Shown: one piece after another, positions 21,401 through 34,200 of the stretch | How the letters are laid out: every line of letters starts with the position of its first letter | Position numbering within the stretch: the stretch's first letter is position 1 | DNA from: Macrostomum lignano | Taxonomy: Eukaryota | Assembly (NCBI GenBank): GCA_002269645.1 | Contig: NIVC01000201.1 | Coordinates: 62,001-126,000 of the forward strand | DNA: 64,000 bases | Direction: 5' to 3' | Position numbers and translations under genes: made by a program | Notes under the pieces: model-generated | Databases searched by the model: none | What the model saw: only the letters and a program-made list of their open reading frames with translations | Told to the model about the DNA's origin: nothing

Positions 21401-24400
21401 TCAAACTGAGGATCTGGGAGATGCTTTGCTCAAACTGAGGATCTGGGAGATGCTTTGCTCAAACTGAGGATCTGGGAGATGCTTTGCTCAAACTGAGGAT
21501 CTGGGAGATGCTTTGCTCAAACTGAGGATCTAGGAGATGCTTTGAACTCAAACTGGGGATCTGGGAGATGCTTTGCTCAAACTTGGATTTGGGAGATGCT
21601 TTGCTCAAACTGGGGATCTGGGAGATGCTTTGCTCAAACTGAGGATCTGGGAGATGCTTTGCTCAAACTGAGGATCTAGGAGATGCTTTGAACTCAAACT
21701 GGGGATCTGGGAGATGCTTTGCTCAAACTTGGATTTGGGAGATGCTTTGCTCAAACTGGGGATCTGGGAGATGCTTTGCTCAAACTGAGGATCTAGGAGA
21801 TGCTTTGAACTCAAACTGAGGATCTGGGAGATGCTTTGCTCAAACTTGGATTTGGGAGATGCTTTGAACTCAAACTGGGGATCTGGGAGATGCTTTGCTC
21901 AAACTTGGATTTGGGAGATGCTTTGCTCAAACTGGGGATCTGGGAGATGCTTTGCTCAAACTGAGGATCTAGGAGATGCTTTGAACTCAAACTGGGGATC
22001 TGGGAGATGCTTTGCTCAAACTTGGATTTGGGAGATGCTTTGCTCAAACTGGGGATCTGGGAGATGCTTTGCTCAAACTTGGATTTGGGAGATGCTTTGA
22101 ACTCAAACTGGGGATCTGGGAGATGCTTTGCTCAAACTTGGATTTGGGAGATGCTTTGCTCAAACTGGGGATCTGGGAGATGCTTTGCTCAAACTTGGAT
22201 TTGGGAGATGCTTTGAACTCAAACTGGGATCTGGGAGATGCTTTGCTCAAACTGAGGATCTGGGAGATGCTTTGCTCAAACTGAGGATCTAGGAGATGCT
22301 TTGCTCAAACTGAGGATCTAGGAGATGCTTTGAACTCAAACTGAGGATCTGGGAGATGCTTTGCTCAAACTGAGGATCTGGGAGACGCTTTGAACTCAAA
22401 CTGAGGATCTGGGAGATGCTTTGAACTCAAACTGGGATCTGGGAGATGCTTTGCTCAAACTTGGATTTGGGAGATGCTTTGCTCAAACTGGGGATCTGGG
22501 AGATGCTTTGCTCAAACTGAGGATCTGGGAGATGCTTTGCTCAAACTGAGGATCTGGGAGATGCTTTGCTCAAACTGAGGATCTAGGAGATGCTTTGCTC
22601 AAACTGAGGATCTAGGAGATGCTTTGAACTCAAACTGAGGATCTGGGAGATGCTTTGCTCAAACTGAGGATCTGGGAGATGCTTTGAACTCAAACTGAGG
22701 ATCTGGGAGATGCTTTGAACTCAAACTGGGGATCTGGGAGATGCTTTGCTCAAACTTGGATTTGGGAGATGCTTTGCTCAAACTGGGGATCTGGGAGATG
22801 CTTTGCTCAAACTGAGGATCTAGGAGATGCTTTGAACTCAAACTGAGGATCTGGGAGATGCTTTGAACTCAAACTGAGGATCTGGGAGATGCTTTGAACT
22901 CAAACTGGGGATCTGGGAGATGCTTTGCTCAAACTTGGATTTGGGAGATGCTTTGCTCAAACTGGGGATCTGGGAGATGCTTTGCTCAAACTGAGGATCT
23001 AGGAGATGCTTTGAACTCAAACTGGGGATCTGGGAGATGTTTTACTCTCAAACTGAGGATCTGGGAGATGCTTTGCTCAAACTGAGGATCTGGGAGATGC
23101 TTTGCTCAAACTGGGGATCTGAGAGATGCTTTGAACTCAAACTGAGGATCTGGGAGATGCTTTGCTCAAACTTGGATTTGGGAGATGCTTTGCTCAAACT
23201 GAGGATCTGGGAGATGCTTTGCTCAAACTGAGGATCTGGGAGATGCTTTGCTCAAACTGAGGATCTAGGAGATGCTTTGAACTCAAACTGAGGATCTGGG
23301 AGATGCTTTGCTCAAACTGAGGATCTGGGAGATGCTTTGCTCAAACTGAGGATCTGGGAGATGCTTTGCTCAAACTGAGGATCTGGGAGATGCTTTGCTC
23401 AAACTGAGGATCTGGGAGATGCTTTGCTCAAACTGAGGATCTAGGAGATGCTTTGAACTCAAACTGGGATCTGGGAGATGCTTTGCTCAAACTTGGATTT
23501 GGGAGATGCTTTGCTCAAACTGGGGATCTGGGAGATGCTTTGCTCAAACTGAGGATCTGGGAGATGCTTTGCTCAAACTGAGGATCTAGGAGATGCTTTG
23601 AACTCAAACTGGGGATCTGGGAGATGCTTTGCTCAAACTTGGATTTGGGAGATGCTTTGAACTCAAACTGGGGATCTGGGAGATGCTTTGCTCAAACTTG
23701 GATTTGGGAGATGCTTTGCTCAAACTGGGGATCTGGGAGATGCTTTGCTCAAACTGAGGATCTAGGAGATGCTTTGAACTCAAACTGGGGATCTGGGAGA
23801 TGCTTTGCTCAAACTTGGATTTGGGAGATGCTTTGCTCAAACTGGGGATCTGGGAGATGCTTTGCTCAAACTTGGATTTGGGAGATGCTTTGAACTCAAA
23901 CTGAGGATCTGGGAGATGCTTTGCTCAAACTTGGATTTGGGAGATGCTTTGCTCAAACTGGGGATCTGGGAGATGCTTTGCTCAAACTTGGATTTGGGAG
24001 ATGCTTTGAACTCAAACTGGGGATCTGGGAGATGCTTTGCTCAAACTGAGGATCTGGGAGATGCTTTGCTCAAACTGAGGATCTAGGAGATGCTTTGCTC
24101 AAACTGAGGATCTAGGAGATGCTTTGAACTCAAACTGAGGATCTGGGAGATGCTTTGCTCAAACTGAGGATCTGGGAGACGCTTTGAACTCAAACTGAGG
24201 ATCTGGGAGATGCTTTGAACTCAAACTGGGGATCTGGGAGATGCTTTGCTCAAACTGAGGATCTAGGAGATGCTTTGCTCAAACTGAGGATCTAGGAGAT
24301 GCTTTGAACTCAAACTGAGGATCTGGGAGATGCTTTGCTCAAACTGAGGATCTGGGAGATGCTTTGAACTCAAACTGAGGATCTGGGAGATGCTTTGAAC

Positions 24401-26086
24401 TCAAACTGGGGATCTGGGAGATGCTTTGCTCAAACTTGGATTTGGGAGATGCTTTGCTCAAACTGGGGATCTGGGAGATGCTTTGCTCAAACTGAGGATC
24501 TAGGAGATGCTTTGAACTCAAACTGAGGATCTGGGAGATGCTTTGAACTCAAACTGAGGATCTGGGAGATGCTTTGAACTCCAACTGGGGATCTGGGAGA
24601 TGCTTTGCTCAAACTGGGGATCTAGGAGATGCTTTGCTCAAACTGGGGATCTGGGAGATGCTTTGCTCAAACTGAGGATCTAGGAGATGCTTTGAACTCA
24701 AACTGGGGATCTGGGAGATGTTTTACTCTCAAACTGAGGATCTGGGAGATGCTTTGCTCAAACTGAGGATCTGGGAGATGCTTTGCTCAAACTGGGGATC
24801 TGAGAGATGCTTTGAACTCAAACTGAGGATCTGGGAGATGCTTTGCTCAAACTTGGATTTGGGAGATGCTTTGCTCAAACTGAGGATCTGGGAGATGCTT
24901 TGCTCAAACTGAGGATCTGGGAGATGCTTTGCTCAAACTGAGGATCTAGGAGATGCTTTGAACTCAAACTGAGGATCTGGGAGATGCTTTGCTCAAACTG
25001 AGGATCTGGGAGATGCTTTGCTCAAACTGAGGATCTGGGAGATGCTTTGCTCAAACTGAGGATCTGGGAGATGCTTTGCTCAAACTGAGGATCTGGGAGA
25101 TGCTTTGCTCAAACTGAGGATCTAGGAGATGCTTTGAACTCAAACTGGGGATCTGGGAGATGCTTTGCTCAAACTTGGATTTGGGAGATGCTTTGCTCAA
25201 ACTGGGGATCTGGGAGATGCTTTGCTCAAACTGAGGATCTGGGAGATGCTTTGCTCAAACTGAGGATCTAGGAGATGCTTTGAACTCAAACTGGGGATCT
25301 GGGAGATGCTTTGCTCAAACTTGGATTTGGGAGATGCTTTGCTCAAACTGGGGATCTGGGAGATGCTTTGCTCAAACTGAGGATCTAGGAGATGCTTTGA
25401 ACTCAAACTGAGGATCTGGGAGATGCTTTGCTCAAACTTGGATTTGGGAGATGCTTTGAACTCAAACTGGGGATCTGGGAGATGCTTTGCTCAAACTTGG
25501 ATTTGGGAGATGCTTTGCTCAAACTGAGGATCTAGGAGATGCTTTGAACTCAAACTGGGGATCTGGGAGATGCTTTGCTCAAACTTGGATTTGGGAGATG
25601 CTTTGCTCAAACTGGGGATCTGGGAGATGCTTTGCTCAAACTTGGATTTGGGAGATGCTTTGAACTCAAACTGGGGATCTGGGAGATGCTTTGCTCAAAC
25701 TTGGATTTGGGAGATGCTTTGCTCAAACTGGGGATCTGGGAGATGCTTTGCTCAAACTGAGGATCTGGGAGATGCTTTGCTCAAACTGAGGATCTGGGAG
25801 ATGCTTTGCTCAAACTGAGGATCTGGGAGATGCTTTGCTCAAACTGAGGATCTGGGAGATGCTTTGCTCAAACTGAGGATCTGGGAGATGCTTTGAACTC
25901 AAACTGAGGATCTGGGAGATGCTTTGAACTCAAACTGAGGATCTGGGAGATGCTTTGCTCAAACTGAGGATCTAGGAGATGCTTTGAACTCAAACTGGGG
26001 ATCTGGGAGATGCTTTGCTCAAACTTGGATTTGGGAGATGCTTTGCTCAAACTGGGGATCTGGGAGATGCTTTGCTCAAACTGAGG
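18457..26086. repeat. 7.6-kb satellite, 29-31 bp unit (AAACTGAGGATCTGGGAGATGCTTTGCTC), with higher-order structure
   Basis: Tandem units with recurrent variants; the rare variant ATGTTTTACTCTC occurs at 19271, 21097, 23037 and 24718. Confidence 0.98.
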
Positions 26087-26350
26087 GTCAAACCCGACTC
26101 AAAATACGTACTTTGACCACAGCAACCAAGCACTTCCTTCTTGATGGAAAAGTTTTGAAGAAAAAGTTTTATTTTTCACAAGTTTGAAAGCTGTATTAAA
26201 AAAATAAAACTCGTACAAACGAGAAGAAAAGATGAACTTTATATTTTTCTGTTGTTGTAGCATTTTCTGCATGCACTGTAGGCGCCTGACAGTAATGCTA
26301 AGTAAGATCAAACACTGGCCTTAAACAAAGAATGACAGAAGCAACGCCAG

Positions 26351-27686
26351 CTAGAAGAAGCCGTTGATCAGGTCTGCCAGGTCGGCAATCTTGTTGAAGT
26401 GAGCGGCCTGGCAAGCGGCTTTGAGCTCGTCAGGGTACAGGTGGTGAACCCTGGGCGGCATGCTCTGGTAGCGCAGCCACTCGCACAGCTCAGCAACAAC
26501 CTGACGCTTCTCTGGCTCGGACGACAGAGCCGACAGCCGCTCGAAGGAGGTCTTGATGTCGGCATCTGTCTGCTCCTCGCGGTAGTCCATGCCCATGCGC
26601 TCGTAGCGGTCATCGACTCGCCGGCACTCGCGATTGTGCACCGCCTGGGTTGATTGATTGGTTTATTTGACTGGCTTTGGTTTATTAATATAAAAGAAGC
26701 CAGATAATAAGCATGCATAAATCAAGCAGTGTTTTCATTTATTAGCGGCTTATAGAAGTGCAGCAGTATACAGACACAAACAAACGAATTGAAACAAACC
26801 AATAAGTCTAGTTCTCAAAGCTTCAGACCTTCCTCTGCTTGAACCAGTGCAGCGCGAGCTCCTCGAACTCAGCATTCTGGAGCAGTTTGCTCAGCACCAG
26901 CTTCAGGGTTGACTCGTGCTTCTCCTCGCGCGATTTAGCGGCAGGTCCGGCAGAGGCCGACATCCTTGATGGCAGCTGATCTGCAGAATGCCATGCATAA
27001 TCCAAGTAGAATCATTATTCGCAAGAAAGGAGGGCCACGCCCCCGGCCCCTCCCTTTCCTTTCCTCTCAGCTCTCCTTTCCTTTCCTCTCCTCTTCTCTC
27101 CTCTCCTCTCCTCTCCTCTCCTCTCCTCTCCTCTCCTCTCCTCTCCATTCCTCTCCTCTCCTCTCCTTTCCTCTCCTCTCCTCTCCTTTCCTCTCCTCTC
27201 CTTTCCTCTCCTCTCCTCTCCTTTCCTCTCCTCTCCTCTCCTCTCCTCTCCTCTCCATTCCTCTCCTCTCCTCTCCTTTCCTCTCCTCTCCTCTCCTTTC
27301 CTCTCCTCTCCTTTCCTCTCCTCTCCTCTCCTCTCCTCTCCTTTCCTCTCCTCTCCTTTCCTTTCCTCTCCTCTCCTCTCCTCTCCTCTCTTTTCCTTTC
27401 CTCTCCTCTCCTCTCCTTTCCTCTCCTCTCCTTTCCTCTCCTCTCCTCTCCTTTCCTCTCCTCTCCTCTCCTTTCCTCTCCTCTCCTCTCCTTTCCTCTC
27501 CTCTCCTCTCCTTTCCTCTCCTCTCCTCTCCTCTCCTTTCCTTTCCTTTCCTCTCCTCTCCTTTCCTTTCCTTTCCTCTCATCTCCTTTCCTTTCCTCTC
27601 CTCTCCTTTCCTCTCCTCACCTCTCCTTTCCTCTCCTCTCCTCTTTAGCAGGCTGGCAGATGTGCTCCTGTATGACATGACTCACT
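26351..27686 (-). CDS. 3' exons of an unknown spliced gene with a possible death-fold-like C-terminus (copy 1)
   Basis: Phase-compatible GT-AG exons 26829-26980 and 26351-26644, plus an upstream donor at 27685/27686. The joined peptide reads ..HESTLKLVLSKLLQNAEFEELALHWFKQRKAVHNRECRRVDDRYERMG..ELCEWLRYQ..DELKAACQAAHFNKIADL. The start was not located. Confidence 0.65.
27048..27645. repeat. (CCTCT/CCTTT)n homopyrimidine microsatellite (intronic)
   Basis: Pure C/T pentamer array. Confidence 0.98.
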
Positions 27687-28512
27687 TAAACTACAGGAGA
27701 CTACAGGAGGGGCTGCCCTCTGTGACCTGGTCTCGCAACCAGAGCTGCGGCAATTCTGCCCCAATTCCGCGGACTCCTGAGCAAATGCAAACGCGCCAAT
27801 GCTGTACACAGGCGCCACTCATGCACCCGCTCACACAGGGTGTACAAAGCGGCCCTGACTTTCTAATGGCATGTACACTCTGTGTCTTGGTGGTTGGCTC
27901 TCATGGTGAACTCCCTCAGCCAATTTTCGTGCCCACAAGCCCGGGCCAAATGAAGCCGCCTCATGACCTTCTTTCGAACATGACAGATTTAAGTTGACAG
28001 CAGAGTTAAAAAACGTCATGTACTTTAAGCTCATCGACAAGTTTTTTGATATTAAAAACTGCGGTATTCAACAATGGTTTGGGCCACGAGTTAAAACGAT
28101 GGCTCTCAGCTTACCTGAAAATACCGATTAACCCCGAGATCAATGAAGAATCAATCCGACTTAATTCGCAATTAAAAGCATTTCAGGTCACAGAATTGCT
28201 TGCAGAGACTTATTTGAGACAGCAAACTGAGGGTGAGACTTGCGCACGTCAGTTGTGAAGGTATTTGTACACTGCCGGACCCTTAAGGAGAGACTTGATA
28301 CTCAGTTACATTTTGTTGCTCTGGCCTTGACTGTACTCTTATTGTACAAGCGTATCGTCCCCAACGGTTGGGGTGTGCACATCTCTAGCTGCTCACTCCA
28401 GCTCATTGCGAGTGTGAGAAACGTACTGGATAAAATGAGCAGTACGAGAAGGGGCTGCTAGCTTTGTCAATTTTAGCTCGTATAATGTACTAACAATTTT
28501 TAGTATAGTGGA

Positions 28513-29010
28513 CTAGCAAGATGCGCCCCCCCCTATTGGGAAAGTAACAATTTTTAAAATAAACTACATGTAGATTTTGAACTAGTGAACATATACAGCC
28601 TTTAAATCGTTAAACTTTTAAGGTTATTTATTTAAAGCAAAAAGCATCAGTCCTAAAAGCAGCTATCTAGCCTAAGATATCAGCATATCCTGTGAGCCTT
28701 GGCTCAATGCGTCTGAGCAATCCCTGGTGAGCCTCAGCAGTTCAGAAAGCCCCCATGAGCCTCATGAATCTTTGACATTCAGCAGTTCCCCTCTGAGCCA
28801 CAGAGAATTTCACCGATTTTCTCAATGAGCCTAAGGCATCTCAGCAATTCCCCCATGAGCCCTGACATCTCAGAAGTTCCCTACGATCGAGCTACATCAT
28901 TTCAACAATCCTTCCAAGTCCCATTAAACCTTGAAATTTCATGAATTCTCTCTCGGAGCCAAAGAATCTCCCTATTGAGCTTTGGCATCTAAAGTTTTTG
29001 GCGCTTCTTT
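28513..29010 (-). mobile_element. Helitron-like 3' fragment
   Basis: On the minus strand: TCCC-AATA-GGGGG hairpin, spacer, CTAG-T at 28513. Internal CCCCCATGAGCCCTGACATCTCAG repeats are reverse complements of the 4150-4900 repeats. Confidence 0.65.
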
Positions 29011-29013
29011 TTA

Positions 29014-29195
29014 GGAGTTGTAGCCTAGTGGTTAGAGCATTAGACTCACGACTGAAAGGTCGGGGGTTCGATTCACAACCCAATCGGAACAATTTGTGTC
29101 CTTGAGCAAGACACTTAACTCTGCATTGCTTTAGTTTACCCAGCTGTAAAATGGGTGCCAGCATTAGCTGGGGTAATTGAGGGTGTGTGCGGTAT
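29014..29195 (+). mobile_element. tRNA-derived SINE with a CORE-like domain
   Basis: A box TAGCCTAGTGG, B box GGTTCGATTC, then CCTTGAGCAAGACACTTAAC...CTGTAAAATGGG resembling the MIR CORE; three copies in the window. Confidence 0.8.
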
Positions 29196-29419
29196 CTGAG
29201 TTGACATCCGGGTAAATGTTAGTTAAAATGAAAAAATATCAATAAAGAGCGCAACACTGTAAACTGATTCGTGTAGCAGAGCCAAATGCAGTGACATGCA
29301 TAATTGAGGTACGCACATCAGGATAAATGTATTTACACTTCACGCAAAAATGCAAATAAATATCCATACCAAAGGCGATTCTGCTTATTCTAAGCATAGC
29401 ACACACCAAGCTAGTTTAA

Positions 29420-29670
29420 GAAGCTTGGATTTTGAAAAAGTATATAATTGCTATCTTTAGAAAACGAAATTTTGGGAAAGCCTATAGTTTGTATTTTCAG
29501 AAACCTGGATTTGGGGAAAGCCTACAGTTGCTATTTTTAGAAACCTGGATCTTGGTGAAGTCTACAGTTGCTATTTTTAGAAACCTGGATTTTGGAGAAG
29601 CCTACAGTTGCTATTTTTAGAAACCTGGATCTTGGAGAAGCCTATAGTTGCTATTTTTAGAAACCTGGAT
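29420..29670. repeat. 40-bp minisatellite (CTACAGTTGCTATTTTTAGAAACCTGGATTTTGGAGAAGC)
   Basis: About 6 tandem units; longer in the block B copy. Confidence 0.9.
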
Positions 29671-31215
29671 ATTTTCTGGAGATTGACAAAAAGGTTAACC
29701 AGTTTCTAGGATTAACTAACCTCCACCTTTCAAAATTCTTTCTGCTCTACGATTCAAAAGCTCAAGAAGGCTGGACTTACTCGTATCTGTAGCAAGTGTT
29801 CAGTACCAATTTATAAGCACAAGTTTGAAAGAAAGATTCTTTCATTCGCAATGATCGTTATGGAACAAGGATTCCAGCATCATGGAATATTTTTCATTAC
29901 CTCACATTCTCTTTTGCGCCCATTCTAGTAGGGAGGGACTAACCTACTTTCTATATAGATAAGCTTGCAAGAATTGACTTAAAAATGCGTGCAAAATTTA
30001 GCTAAGAAATTATTCGTAGCTGTCTATCAAAACCCGATAAGAAAAGCTTATGTATCAGTTCAGTTTGTGATGTCATCACTAAATAAACCTTGTCACAAAT
30101 TCGTACCTTTAAAAAAATTTGGCCGTTAAATTTCTACTTGTAAACTTTAACAAAGTTTTTAGGTTAGGTTGGACATGACTAAAAAAACAATTTTTTAATA
30201 TATTTTGCAACAACATTTTTCTTCGCCCTTAGGAAATACATATGATTTCTCTTATGAATACTTTGGTCAATACTTCATACTATTCTACATTTCGATTTTT
30301 CCATTACAATTTTTCGTTTTCGTTTTTTTGTTGTCTAACTGAATTTACAAATACTTAGCCTTAACAGCTCCTACAAAATATAAGTCGCATTTGCGATCCG
30401 AAACTGTATGGCTCTAAATCAAACAGCTTTGTCTTACTCTTAGGTCTAGCTGTTAAAATTGAAATAGCATAAGTACATCACATATACATTCACATACATA
30501 TTTATTGTTTTACCATAGGCCTAGTAGTATTAAATTATTGGATGCATATACGCTCATATTTTGTCTTTCGATTTGTTGCTTCTTCCGTTGCCTAGCTAGC
30601 TTGGCATATACACTCAGCAGCATTTTAAAGTTTTCCATAACCATAGCCAGTGGTCAACAATAGGCTTGCCATGGCATTATTATTCTTCAATTAAATTCCA
30701 AAGTCTACATAAGTAACTAACTATACCAATCAGTGTTAGCGGCCTAATTCTATTATTGCCAAAAAATATACTATTAGGGCCTACCAAATGCTCTTTGTTA
30801 AAATAGGCCATAGTTCTTCAAAACATAGTCTAAGTCTATAGAAACAGAGAATAGAAATAGAAATAAAAACTATCTAAAAAGTAAAAAATCTAAAAAAAGT
30901 TTGAGAAATAGAAAAAATGATTTTTTAGGTCCTTTAGTTGTAGGCAACAAAATGTTTTACTTATATTTTTAATACATAATTGATTGTTTAAGTTATTTTA
31001 AGAATGTTATTTTATGCATATTGTATATTGCATTCTGTGTACATATGTTCACAATGGGCTATCATATAAGGCCAATTGGTCGAAAAAGAAAATTTATGTA
31101 TAAAGTCGGATCCATTTTACAATTCAGTTTTTGTTCCAGGAATACTAGAACAACAATTAATACATTGAAATTTCATGTCCCCATCAAATTTCACATTCTA
31201 GCATAGGCGCCTCAA

Positions 31216-34200
31216 ATGGAATCAGCAAATGTGGCAAATGCCAAAGCAGCTGCAAAAATCCAGTTTGCAGTCAGCCTGCTTGGCGATGGTCTGCATTCGG
31301 TGCTCCACAGACATTTCGGCTTGAAGAACCAACTTGATTTCAATGAGTCGCTGAAGATGATGTCTGGAAAGGTCAATGAGTCTTTCCCAGACTTGGAACC
31401 TCAAAATCGGCAGCTGCTGCAGCGTCTTTTGGAGCGCGCGAAGGCAATCCGTGACCGACATTCTCGCCAAGATTTTGATGTGTACCGATCTGAGCACGAT
31501 CTCGAGTGCTTATTAAAGCTCGCATCTTTAATGGGATTGAGCGAAAGCCAGCAAGAGATCGCCAACTTTGCTGGAGTTTCAATCGGAGACTGGGAGAAGC
31601 TCAAGTCGGAAGGCAATGGGCATTATAAGAAAGGAAGATGGTTGGAGGCAATGACCTGCTACACCAAGGCAATTCAAAGTAATACAAATGTTGCTGTTTT
31701 GTACTTAAACCGAGCTCTGTGCGAAATCAATTTGCGTAGGTTCGATCTTGCTCGAGAAGATGCTGAAGATGCGATTGGACTTGACCCCAGTCAGAGTAAG
31801 TTCTACAGAATTCTTTCTGAAGCTCTCTATAAGCTGCGATTGCACCAGCCAGCCTTGGATGCGTGCCAGACTGGCCTCAGAATCGACTCTACAGACGAGA
31901 CCCTTCTTCTACGGGAGCAACTTTGCACAGCTCTTGTTTTGGACAGCCAGCAGGATGTAGGTGCAGAAGGAAGCAGCCAAACCCAGAGCAGCGATCTCTA
32001 CAAGAAGCTGCGAGATTGCCAAGTGGAGAGTACATCCGACATTTCACCTGATGAGGTGCACCCCATAGACAGCACCATTTTGCAGAGCATCAGCGAGCTA
32101 GACAAGGCCCACCAGATTCTGCAGTCCGGCAGAGGCGACATCAACGAAGAGCAGAAGGCGTTTGAGATCTTTGAGTCCGTTGCAAAGCAAGGCAGTGCGC
32201 AGGGTCTGTACAACATGGCCATCATGTACAAAGACGGCAATGCAGGACTGGCTCGGGATCCAGCAAAGCATTTCCAGCTGTGCCTCCAAGCCGCCGAGCA
32301 GAAGCCGTACTTATCGGCCATGGACGACGTGTTTCTCAACATTGGCGTGGCGGAGGCGGAGAACGCCCTCGGCGTGGCCTACAGAGACGGCATGGCCGTG
32401 GACAAGGATGACAAGCTCGCATTCAAATGGTTTCTTAAGTCCGCTCGTCACGGCTACGCATCAGCCATGAGCAACCTCGGGCTGGCCTTCTACAACGGAG
32501 CTGGCTGCGAGCGGAGCCCGACCTCCGCCCGATGGTGGCTCCAGAAAGCCGCGGACCTCGGACAGTCGGAGGCGCAGCTGAAATTAGCTGGGATGCTCAT
32601 CGAAGGCGAGGGAGGACCAGCCGACTCTGAGAAGGCGGTTGAACTGCTCAAATCAGCTGCGGACCAAGGCCTACCAGGTGCTCTGGAGGCTCTGCAGCAG
32701 CAAATGCGGCGCGGAGCCATGAAAGCGAAGCGCATGAACTCAGCAAGAAAAATCGTGGAAGAGAAGGCAGCGGCTAACGACAAAGAGGCGCTGTTTCTCC
32801 TCGGAAAGAACTACTTGCAGGGAGAAGGTGGATTCGAGCAGGACTTTGAACTGGCCGAAATGTATTTGAGGAAGGCTTCGGACCTGAACCATGAAAGGGC
32901 CTTTCCTGCTGTTGGCAAGCTGCTTTTGCAGCTAGGAAAAGAAAAAGATGCGGCTTTCTTTCTTCGAAAGGCTGCCGAGAGCGGTGATGCTGAGGCACAG
33001 TGGCTTTTTGGGTGCATGCTGAGTCTTGGACAAGGTTGTGAAAATAACCCCACTGAAGCTCGTAGATGGCTGCTCAGGTCCAAAAAAGACAGCCAAAAAG
33101 AAGTGGAAGAACTGTTGAAAGCTTCTTCTCAGATTTTGTTATTTGAAGCTGCTCGTGGCCTATCTAAAAATGGTCTTAGTCAAGATGAGAGATTTGCAAG
33201 GTATGTTGAATCCTTTGCATCAAGCCACAAGTCGAAGGAAGCGTTTCGCGACCTTTTTCAGTATTTTAAGCAGACGATGGGTGTGTCGCTGCACCCTGCG
33301 GGATCCAATCACATGTCAACTATGCGAACTTCGGAGCAGTTGATGGCAAAAAAGGCTGCGCAAGGGTCAAAAACCGCGCAAAAGTACTTCATCGGCTTCG
33401 ATCTTTTGGACCAAATGCGCTCTGCTTTAGATAACAACAACGGACCAGAAGCTTTTCGACTCTACCGACTAGCTGATAGAACCTGGCAGCCTCTTATTAT
33501 TTATAATTCTACCTGGAAGAAACTCTTTGATGCGGCCACTGCAGCCTTTGAAAAAAATCCTAAGGATTCTGAAGCTTATTTTGTAATAATTAATTATTGC
33601 AGTGTTAAAAAACTTTCAAATGTTGCTGAACTCCTTCGAATGGCGCTGGCTTGTACCAATCTGAACCCTAATGTGGCTGACTATTACAACTATCTAGGCA
33701 ACATGTACGGATTCAACGGAGATGGAATCAGCGCTTTAAGGGCCTTTGAGCGAGCTTTAGAGCTAGACTGGGAGCCCCATTGGCTTTACGACAAAGCGTC
33801 GGCTGTCAGGCATCATCAGCGGCTGAGCGATCGCAGAAGAGTCATCGAAGCGTATGAAGAGTACATCTCTGCCAACGAAAAGGACGATCGTCACATTCCT
33901 GAGGCTTGCTATTGCATAGCGTTCGAGTATTTGGGCTTTGAAGACATGACAATGGCCAGGGAGTATTTCCGGAGGGGACTCCAGGCTGAGAGTCCCGAGG
34001 TGCGGCTGCCGTGCTTTGAACCCGTTAACGATTGCCCACCGAAGGAAATGCTGCAGAAGGTGTTTCTGCTGTATGATCTTGAGAATTCCGGCCCGCTGAA
34101 CTCCCAGCTGCCAAGCGAATCGAGCAGCGGAGACCGGTGCAGTTCCTGTGGAAAGCGGAACGCATCGCAGCGATGCAGCAGGTGCAAGAAGGCTTTCTAC

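Larger units (their letters stand above)
17644..29670 (+). other. Segmental duplication block B, copy 1 (direct copy at about 41795-50290)
   Basis: Same order in both copies: FReD, 29-bp satellite, minus-strand exons, CT tract, Helitron end, SINE, 40-bp minisatellite. Unique sequence at 26086-27050 is near-identical to 43182-44180. Confidence 0.95.

Noticed and set aside
1-26086. CRISPR-like appearance of the 22-bp and 29-bp arrays
   Set aside because: Units are head-to-tail with no unique spacers, there are no cas genes, and the context is eukaryotic.
18457-26187. Numerous 60-93 aa ORFs in the satellite, and similar ORFs at 15176-16810, 52134-53385, 55568-56422 and 62395-63008
   Set aside because: Periodic translations of tandem repeats.
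28046-28258. Plus-strand 70-aa ORF conserved in both B copies
   Set aside because: Conservation is explained by the recent duplication; it has a TTG start and indels between the copies.
29014-29095. Possible tRNA genes (also at 49375 and 57657)
   Set aside because: The acceptor stem does not close and the sequence continues into a shared SINE body.
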